Source: an archaeon
Lineage (GTDB): Archaea > B1Sed10-29 > JAJSAI01
Reading direction: 5' to 3'
Length of the DNA stretch: 57,875 nt
Assembly: GCA_024274695.1 (NCBI GenBank)
Contig: JAJSAI010000014.1
Span: forward strand, 1 to 57,875
The notes below the pieces were generated by a model. That model was not told the origin of the DNA, did not search any database, and saw only the letters and a list, made by a program, of their open reading frames with translations. A program made the position numbers and the translations under genes. Every line of letters starts with the position of its first letter. Position 1 is the stretch's first letter. This document shows positions 8,910 to 15,320 of this stretch, one piece after another.

Positions 8910-9125
8910 ATGCCTGAATACAAGGTGATTAGTGTTGAAGAGTACAAGTATGGGAACAACAAGTTTGTTGAGGTCAGCAGGAAGACTGTTGACGATCAGG
9001 AGTTCATATTCATCAGCAGGGGCTTCTACAATCCTGCTGGAGAGAAGAGGTACAAGGGTGGAATGGGCTTTCCTGACGACCCTGGCCTGAAAGAGTTTCT
9101 CTCAGAGAAGATAAAAACCATTTGA
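8910..9125 (+). CDS. Small conserved-looking protein, possible PC4/YdbC-like ssDNA-binding fold
   Basis: 71 aa. NNKFVEVSRKTVDDQEFIFISRGFYNPAGEKRYKGGMGFPDD resembles the PC4 pattern (strand, strand, Y, GE, basic residues, G). This is weak pattern resemblance only. Confidence 0.5.
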   Translation: MPEYKVISVEEYKYGNNKFVEVSRKTVDDQEFIFISRGFYNPAGEKRYKGGMGFPDDPGLKEFLSEKIKTI

Positions 9126-9133
9126 GCAGGTTC

Positions 9134-9910
9134 TCACAGCTCGTAGCTGTCGAGGATCCTTTCCTCTTTTTCTCCTTTTATGACAACCTTGACTTGCACG
9201 TGGTCCCTGATGCCCGAGGCTATTACTCTTGGTTTGAGGAGGTTGTCTATCTGGAATATTCCCGCTGAGTTGTTAAGCACGACCGTGATCTTCACAGGCT
9301 TTTTCCTTCCTTTTTCTATTCTTACCTCGTCAACGGCCATCGCGGACACGGAGTGTATGTCCTTCTTTCCCTTTTCAAAGGGTATTCTCGCCCTGCCTTT
9401 TTCCATGTCCAGAGCGTCTGCTATCAGGAACACCCCTGCCTCCAGGGTGAAGGGAGACGGGTTACTATCATGGAACGTGATCGCGTGCAGGACTTCAGAC
9501 TTTATTATTGTCTTTTCCTTTTCATCGTACTCTCCCGTAAGAAGCCTGTCCAGGATCGGAAGAGCGAGAAAAGCTCCGATAAGGTCATGGTCCCTCCTGT
9601 GGACTGCCATTCCTATATCGTGTAGCACGCAGGCGAGGAACAGGACAACTTCAGCGTCATCTCCTGACATCCCATGGTCCTTGACCATGCCTGGAACAAG
9701 CCCGTGACCCATCAGGATCCTAAACATTTTCAGGCCTATGTTCGCTACTATCTTCACGTGCACCGGGCCGTGGTCGTTGTAGCCCATCCTGTCTATGGAC
9801 ATCACGTTGGAGGCGTTGAGCAAGGCCAGAAGCTCTTGGTCCCTGTTCACTCTGTCAACGATCCTGGCGAGCTTGTCATTGCCTTCCACGGGAACGGTTA
9901 TCCTGGTCAT
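9134..9910 (-). CDS. HD-domain metal-dependent phosphohydrolase
   Basis: HGPVHVKIV...ACVLHDIGMAVHRRDHD contains the H...HD...D signature. Start moved to MTRITVPVEG (9910), which forms an ATGA overlap with the nth stop. The ORF-track start at 9946 would overlap nth by 40 nt. Confidence 0.75.
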   Translation of the reverse strand: MTRITVPVEGNDKLARIVDRVNRDQELLALLNASNVMSIDRMGYNDHGPVHVKIVANIGLKMFRILMGHGLVPGMVKDHGMSGDDAEVVLFLACVLHDIGMAVHRRDHDLIGAFLALPILDRLLTGEYDEKEKTIIKSEVLHAITFHDSNPSPFTLEAGVFLIADALDMEKGRARIPFEKGKKDIHSVSAMAVDEVRIEKGRKKPVKITVVLNNSAGIFQIDNLLKPRVIASGIRDHVQVKVVIKGEKEERILDSYEL

Positions 9911-10566
9911 GTTTTCCACTCTCCTCTCTTGTTGTAGTAGTCGCACACCCTTTTAAGCCTGCACTTTTGGCACAGGGGTCTGTTCGTCCTGCAGACCTCT
10001 TTCCCGAAGAGCACGAGCCCCACGTTGACTATCCACCTGTCCTCTTCAGGGGTCAGGGACTCAAGAATCCGGCGCGTTTCCTCGTACCCTGCTTTCCTGG
10101 GGACGAGCCCAAACCGTTTTGACACCACGCTCACGTGAACGTCCACGGGAATGAACGGCCTGCCGAAACCGTAGCACAGCACCACGTCAGCTGTTTTCGG
10201 CCCGACTCCCGGGAGGGTCATTAGGGCGTTCCGGTCTTCTGGAACACGGCCGCGGTGTTTTTCCACAATCTCCCTTGCAAGGGAGACTATCTTCCTTGCC
10301 TTCTGCTTGTAGAACCCGACAGGGTATATCAGTTTCTGAACTTTCTCAGGGTCTGCCTTCGCCAGTTTTTGGGGCGTGGGATACTCTGAGAACAGTCTCC
10401 TGCTCGCTTCCTCAGTGACTTCGTCTTTGGTCCGCTGGGAGAGCACGCATGAAACGAGCGTCTGAAACCTTGTCCTGTGATTGCTCATGTAGTGTTCTCT
10501 TGCTTTTGTAGCGTACTCTTCCTTCAGGAATTTTAGGAGCGCGCGCATTTTCTCCTCGGGACCCAT
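9907..10566 (-). CDS. nth: Endonuclease III (DNA glycosylase/AP lyase)
   Basis: LVSCVLSQRTKDEVT, the HhH-GPD element LPGVGPKTADVVL, and the C-terminal 4Fe-4S loop CRTNRPLCQKCRLKRVC. ATG at 10566; the ORF track uses the TTG at 10569. Confidence 0.9.
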   Translation of the reverse strand: MGPEEKMRALLKFLKEEYATKAREHYMSNHRTRFQTLVSCVLSQRTKDEVTEEASRRLFSEYPTPQKLAKADPEKVQKLIYPVGFYKQKARKIVSLAREIVEKHRGRVPEDRNALMTLPGVGPKTADVVLCYGFGRPFIPVDVHVSVVSKRFGLVPRKAGYEETRRILESLTPEEDRWIVNVGLVLFGKEVCRTNRPLCQKCRLKRVCDYYNKRGEWKT

Positions 10567-10567
10567 C

Positions 10568-10597
10568 AATTTTTATTCTCTCCTGGACTATAAAAAC
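10568..10597. promoter_or_regulatory. Two crossed TATA boxes (AATTTTTATTC 10568-10578; CTATAAAAAC 10588-10597) serving divergent leaderless genes
   Basis: The left box lies about 28 nt upstream of the plus-strand ATG at 10601. The right box (GTTTTTATAG on the minus strand) lies about 27 nt upstream of the nth ATG at 10566. Confidence 0.45.
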
Positions 10598-10600
10598 TGG

Positions 10601-11110
10601 ATGAGTGGTGGGGCAAGGCGCAAGCTGAGAGTGGCAAGATGGGAGAAAGAGTACAAGATCCCATGGTACAAGAAATGGTACTATAACTGGTTAGTGAAGC
10701 GTGCTACTTCTGAGGAGACGGGGCGGAAACTAGCGGAAACGATGATAAAACGGCATTCTAGGGCAAAACAAAAGCAGGCCAAGGCGCTGGCCTCCGGGAG
10801 TAAGGAGACTGCTAGGAGGTACGGGCGTAAGGCCATGGAAGTGGACAAGGAAGCAGAGTACGTCAAGAGACAGCTCAAGGAAGAGGCTGAGTCTATAAGG
10901 GGGCGGTTTTTGGCTGATGTGCTTGACCTTGCAGTCAGGCTTAATGACAAGGAGGCTGACAGACTGGCTTCAGAACTTGTGAAGGTTATCCAGGATGAGG
11001 AAGCTGGGAGAATTCCAGCGGAAGAGGCTGACAGGAGGATAGCAGAGCTTTCGGAGAAACTGGTTGAGAGAGCCTCTGTTGTCTACGCTAAGAAGAAAGG
11101 GAGGTCATGA
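10601..11110 (+). CDS. Hypothetical basic/acidic helical protein
   Basis: 169 aa with a Trp/Tyr/Lys-rich N-terminus (WEKEYKIPWYKKWYYNWLVKR) followed by a charged helical region. No recognisable family. Confidence 0.55.
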   Translation: MSGGARRKLRVARWEKEYKIPWYKKWYYNWLVKRATSEETGRKLAETMIKRHSRAKQKQAKALASGSKETARRYGRKAMEVDKEAEYVKRQLKEEAESIRGRFLADVLDLAVRLNDKEADRLASELVKVIQDEEAGRIPAEEADRRIAELSEKLVERASVVYAKKKGRS

Positions 11111-11696
11111 ACCCTTTCCCGTGTTCTCCGCTTTCTTTTATCCACGCGAGCCAGCACAGGAACACCGGATCTTTCCCTTCTGTCTTCCGAATGAGCTCGA
11201 GATCGTTCTCCGCCCGCATCCCGTACTCTTTCTCCAGGAATCGTTTCACGATCTTGTCCGGCATTAGAGTGTTGACTCCTCCCATCATCCGAAGGTACTG
11301 CCACGTGTTCAGCCCAACTCCCTTCACCCTGCCGATAGGGTCTTCCTTCCATTCTTCCAGCCTCGCGCTCTTCGCCCAGTTCCTGATCCTCTCCCTGTCC
11401 GTTTCCCCGTACCCGAGCAGGATCCGGCTCACGCTCTTGGCAACGTGCCAGCTCCTTTTGTTCTTCCACACGCTGTACAATGGCCTCGCGCGCGAGAGCT
11501 CTTCCAAGTCAAGCTCCGGTTTTCTTTCAGCGATTTTTCTCACCGCTGGCACCACTGTCCCGAAGTAGCTGAGGCCCACGCTGGTGAACGCGGCGTCCAA
11601 GACCATCAGCGCCACGCTCCCGCCCCACCGCCTTGTTTCAAGGCACTCGCGAGCCAGCGCGCGAGCCTCTTGCTCAGGAATCATGGTCCTTTCCAC
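11088..11696 (-). CDS. Hypothetical protein with possible helix-hairpin-helix element
   Basis: 202 aa. RVKGVGLNTWQYLRMMGGVNTLMPD resembles an HhH motif. Family not recognised. Confidence 0.55.
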   Translation of the reverse strand: MERTMIPEQEARALARECLETRRWGGSVALMVLDAAFTSVGLSYFGTVVPAVRKIAERKPELDLEELSRARPLYSVWKNKRSWHVAKSVSRILLGYGETDRERIRNWAKSARLEEWKEDPIGRVKGVGLNTWQYLRMMGGVNTLMPDKIVKRFLEKEYGMRAENDLELIRKTEGKDPVFLCWLAWIKESGEHGKGFMTSLSS

Positions 11697-12408
11697 CCTC
11701 CTGGGAGAAGAACTTGATTGTCTCCCTTACTACCCAGCGAGCAGTTCTGTCCTCTAAGTCGTGCCCTCCAGAAGTTATTTTCAGGAAGGCATTATTTCCT
11801 TTTGTCATTTTCTTGGCGTTTTCGATCGTGTTCCATTCATCATCTTTGGCTTGGAACAATACCCATGGAATGCTAACCTTCCGAGCCAGTTCGATCAAGT
11901 CATAGGACTTCCAGTCACGCCACAATTGAGGAGTGTATTCCCCGTATGATCGCTTGTAAGTTCTGCCCTCTTTCACCGCACGGTAAAATTTTCCTCCGAA
12001 TCCTTTTTCTGGAAGGATGGCTGGGTTGACGCATGCCATCCTCTTTATTTTCGAGCCCTCTGCTGCTGCAACTATCGCTGCGCACGCTCCAAAGCTTTTC
12101 GCGAACAAGAAGGACTCTCCAAATTCTTTTAAGAGGATTCTGAGGTCTTCCACTCTCGTGCTCAGGTTAGACTCTTCAAACGGTAAGTCTGAAGGCCTGT
12201 TTCCCCTGAACCAGAATCTGACAGTCCTGTATCCCGCGGCCTGTAACGCGTCATCAGCGTGCTCAAACAGGAACAAGTCAGCACCACCTCCTGGGAAACC
12301 ATTGATCCCATAACACATTATGACCGTTTTCCGATTCCAGTATTTTGGCGTGCTGACTACTCCAACGAGCTTGTCCCCCTTGACGTTGAGCTTGAAGACC
12401 TTCCTCAT
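11674..12408 (-). CDS. Alpha/beta-fold hydrolase
   Basis: 244 aa. Nucleophile-elbow-like FAKSFGACAA, followed by a late D and GGHD pattern (QAKDDEW...TSGGHDLED). Confidence 0.7.
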   Translation of the reverse strand: MRKVFKLNVKGDKLVGVVSTPKYWNRKTVIMCYGINGFPGGGADLFLFEHADDALQAAGYRTVRFWFRGNRPSDLPFEESNLSTRVEDLRILLKEFGESFLFAKSFGACAAIVAAAEGSKIKRMACVNPAILPEKGFGGKFYRAVKEGRTYKRSYGEYTPQLWRDWKSYDLIELARKVSIPWVLFQAKDDEWNTIENAKKMTKGNNAFLKITSGGHDLEDRTARWVVRETIKFFSQEGGKDHDS

Positions 12409-13022
12409 AATTTCACCCTCTGGACACCTATTAGTCCTACAATTTCCCGAATCTTCGTTATTCTCGGTCTGAACTCAGGATGCTCGTTTTCAGGGTCGAA
12501 CAGGACCCCTGTCATGCCAAGCTCCTGCGTTGGGATCACATCTAAATGAAGTTTGTCTCCCACCATTACTGTTTCTTCTGGACTAACGCAAAGTGCTTGC
12601 GGGCAGTGCAAGAGCGCCCTCGGGTCCGGCTTGAGCACTCCCCGCTCGTAGCTCAGGAACACGCAGTCAAACCGTTTCCTCAGCCCCCACCTTCTGTCAA
12701 GCGCTTGAAAAGCGGTCTGGAAGGTGTTCGAGCACAACCCGAGTTTTATCCCCTTTTCCCGGAGGAGTTCAAGCGTCTCAAGCGCTCCTGGCACTGGTTT
12801 CGCGGTTCCAGCGGCTTGTTCTATTTCCTCGGCAAGTTCTTTGGGATCAGTTTCTATCCCGAATTTTTTTGCCAGCCGTTCTGCCGTTTGCTGGCTGGTC
12901 AGCGGTTCTTTCATTATCAAGTTCCCTATCTTTCCTTTGATTCCGTACTTGTCCCTCAGGGCCTTCCACCCGTCGTGCCAGAACAGAGTTCCCCACAAGT
13001 CGAACACAGCGAGCCTTATCAT
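12405..13022 (-). CDS. HAD-superfamily hydrolase (haloacid dehalogenase-like subfamily)
   Basis: Start at MIRLAVFDLWGTLF (motif I DxWGT), CSNT (motif II) and VGDKLHLDV (motif IV). The ORF-track start at 13091 would run into the tRNA-Arg gene. Confidence 0.8.
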   Translation of the reverse strand: MIRLAVFDLWGTLFWHDGWKALRDKYGIKGKIGNLIMKEPLTSQQTAERLAKKFGIETDPKELAEEIEQAAGTAKPVPGALETLELLREKGIKLGLCSNTFQTAFQALDRRWGLRKRFDCVFLSYERGVLKPDPRALLHCPQALCVSPEETVMVGDKLHLDVIPTQELGMTGVLFDPENEHPEFRPRITKIREIVGLIGVQRVKL

Positions 13023-13044
13023 TATTCTGCCCCCGGAACGTTCT

Positions 13045-13229
13045 TGGCGGGCCCGAGGGGATTCGAACCCCTGACCACCAGGTCTCTCCACAGCCCCTTG
13101 TCTGGGATGTGTAAAAGGGAAGACGCCTTGTTTTGTTTTTGGATGTTAAGGGAAAGGGGTAATAGGGGAAAACCGTAGGTTGTCCCCATTCCGAAGCCTG
13201 GCGCTCTATCCAAGCTGAGCTACGGGCCC
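13045..13229 (-). tRNA. tRNA-Arg (anticodon UCG) with an intron of about 107 nt at the canonical 37/38 position; CCA encoded
   Basis: Exon 1 (13229..13191) reads GGGCCCGTAGCTCAGCTTGGATAGAGCGCCAGGCTTCGG. Exon 2 (13083..13045) reads ACCTGGTGGTCAGGGGTTCGAATCCCCTCGGGCCCGCCA. Joined, they give a perfect cloverleaf: 7-bp acceptor stem, CCAGG/CCTGG anticodon stem, loop CTTCGGA. The intron spans 13190..13084. Confidence 0.75.
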
Positions 13230-13241
13230 ATTTTCAGTTAT

Positions 13242-14423
13242 TCATTTTCCCAGTTTTAGTCTCTTGTGTTCTGCGGCTGGTTTTTCCTTGTACGCTCTTC
13301 CTTTTTGCAGCACCTCTTGTGCTTCTTCCTCTATTTTAGCTTTTTCCTCAACCGTTTTTTTCTCCCGTTCTTCTGGTGTCAGTTCTTTTGGCATTTTTGC
13401 CTTGTACTCTGGTTTTTCTTTCTTCCCTCCTGGGAGTATTTTGGAGAATATCCAGTAGAAGGGTGTTATGATCGCCCCGTATATTGTGACTGCGGTGAAC
13501 GCTAGTATCCCGTACAGGAAGGGCAGGAACTTGAGCAGGCTCTTGAAGAACGGTGTGTTGTACACTATCTTGTCGAACACTTCACCTATTTTTCCTGTGC
13601 TTTCGTTCAGGCGGGATACTATCGCCTGGTACGTTTTGTCCACCATCTGGTCTATCCTCTGGGGGTCCGATTGGGCCTGGTACTGCTCGTCTATTATTCT
13701 TTGTATGTTCTCCCATGCTGTGTTGGTAGCGTTGTCCACGAGTTCTGTTCTTTGGGCTTCAGTCATCATGTTCCACAGGCTACCGTAGGTGTCCTGGTAC
13801 TCTTTCTCTATCTTGGCCCTCAGGTCTTCCTTGCTTGTTATACCCTGGACGGACAGCACCATGCTCTGTATGTCTTCTCTGCTCAGCTTCTGCTCTTCTA
13901 TCATGCTCCTAACATCATCCTTGCTCAGGAAACTGGTGACGTTCTGGGCGAACCCTTGAGCGAAGGACTTCATTTCCTGCTTGAACTCTTCCTCGTAGGC
14001 TGGCTGGTCAGCGGAGACTATTGTCACGCCCGCGATGAACAGCCCTATCGCGAGGGAGTAAACGAGAGCTTTCGTTCCCGGCCTGAACTTGGTTAGCACG
14101 AGGCCGAGGAGCAGGAATCCTCCTAGGAACAGTGCTTCTGTTTTGTCTGGGATTATGATGAGGGAGTACACGAAAAGCACTATTCCTGGAATGCTCACGT
14201 ATAAGAGACTTTTTTCTTCTGACTTCTTTATGCTGGCAAGAGCAAGCCCTGCTGCGGCCGCAGAGGACACCAGGAGTATAATATTCTGGGGGTTGAGGAG
14301 TCCTTTGACCGTACTCGCTTCCATCATGCTCTTTATTGAGAACCCTGTCATGCTGTAGCACGTGAGGGAGACTATTCCTCCCACGAGAATAATCACGGCC
14401 ATTGTCTCTTTGGTTATCTTCAT
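13242..14423 (-). CDS. Polytopic membrane protein with a central coiled-coil and a Lys/Glu-rich tail, hypothetical
   Basis: 393 aa. About 5 N-terminal TM helices, a helical soluble segment of about 150 aa, 2 more TM helices and a charged tail (KKEKPEYKAKMPKE...). Confidence 0.65.
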   Translation of the reverse strand: MKITKETMAVIILVGGIVSLTCYSMTGFSIKSMMEASTVKGLLNPQNIILLVSSAAAAGLALASIKKSEEKSLLYVSIPGIVLFVYSLIIIPDKTEALFLGGFLLLGLVLTKFRPGTKALVYSLAIGLFIAGVTIVSADQPAYEEEFKQEMKSFAQGFAQNVTSFLSKDDVRSMIEEQKLSREDIQSMVLSVQGITSKEDLRAKIEKEYQDTYGSLWNMMTEAQRTELVDNATNTAWENIQRIIDEQYQAQSDPQRIDQMVDKTYQAIVSRLNESTGKIGEVFDKIVYNTPFFKSLLKFLPFLYGILAFTAVTIYGAIITPFYWIFSKILPGGKKEKPEYKAKMPKELTPEEREKKTVEEKAKIEEEAQEVLQKGRAYKEKPAAEHKRLKLGK

Positions 14424-14429
14424 TCCAGG

Positions 14430-15320
14430 TCACCTTGTTATGACCTTACAAGAGTCTTTTTCTATTATAATAGTATGCTCTGCCTGCGAGACGAGCGATC
14501 CTCTCACGTCGTGGAGTACTGGGTATGGTCTGAGCGCGCCTGTTTCCACAAGCTCTTTTAAGCCTATTCTTATCTGAAATCCTGTCATGCCCTTCCCGTA
14601 AAGCCATCTCTCGGCGAAGGGAAGTGTTTTGTACTCTTTTGCCACTGTTTCCATTATCCTTCTAGCGTGCCTTCCTCTCACTGGGACGACCGCCTGGAGC
14701 ATGAACACTTCTGTTACCGCACCTTCTTTCACGATTCCCTCTCCTGTGCTCGCGAAGGGTTCTATTGCCACGGCCATTCCCTCTTCCAGTTTTCGGTTGT
14801 CGTTGGTTTTCACGTTCGGGATTGACAGCCCCGCGTGTAGCACGTATCTCCCGAGAAGGTGTCCTGTCAGGTTGGAGACGGGCTTGAACCCCTTTTCGGT
14901 TATTGTTTTTCCTATAATCTCTCCCAGTTCTCCTACGCTCACTCCTGCTTTCGCCGCGGCTATCGCGTTCTCTAGGGCTAGTCTGCTGGCTTCCACCAGC
15001 CCTTGGTTTTCTTGGGAGAGGTCTACCGTGATCGCGGTGTCCGCGATGTACCCGTCAACATGCACCCCCACATCAACTTTTACAACGTCCTTTTCTCCTA
15101 TCACGAGGTCATCATCATGAGAGGGGGTGTAGTGCGCGGCGTTCTCGTTGACCGAGATGTTCACAGGAAAGGCTATTCCTGCTCCCGAGTCTGTGATCAT
15201 CTTTTCCAGTTCTTCTGCTATCTCGAGCGCTTTTTTTCCTGGCCTGACCAGTTGCCTGCCCTTCTCTCTCACTCTTGCGGCGATCTTGCCCGCCTGCAGG
15301 TACTTTTCTATTTCATCCAT
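14430..15320 (-). CDS. map: Methionine aminopeptidase, type 2 (archaeal)
   Basis: Start at MDEIEKYLQAGKIAARV. Motifs present: AFPVNISVNENAAHYTP, VVKVDVGVHVDGYIADTA, GHLLGRYVLHAG, AIEPFAS, QAEHTIII. The ORF-track N-terminal extension to 15470 overlaps polB and is rejected. Confidence 0.9.
   Translation of the reverse strand: MDEIEKYLQAGKIAARVREKGRQLVRPGKKALEIAEELEKMITDSGAGIAFPVNISVNENAAHYTPSHDDDLVIGEKDVVKVDVGVHVDGYIADTAITVDLSQENQGLVEASRLALENAIAAAKAGVSVGELGEIIGKTITEKGFKPVSNLTGHLLGRYVLHAGLSIPNVKTNDNRKLEEGMAVAIEPFASTGEGIVKEGAVTEVFMLQAVVPVRGRHARRIMETVAKEYKTLPFAERWLYGKGMTGFQIRIGLKELVETGALRPYPVLHDVRGSLVSQAEHTIIIEKDSCKVITR

Noticed and set aside
13084-13190. C/D-box sRNA encoded in the tRNA-Arg intron
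   Set aside because: There is no RUGAUGA (C box) or CUGA (D box) motif pair in the intron on the tRNA strand.
13022-13213. 63-aa minus-strand ORF and the 13091 start of the HAD ORF
   Set aside because: Both run through the tRNA-Arg gene and its intron. The HAD motif I sits right after the internal Met at 13022.
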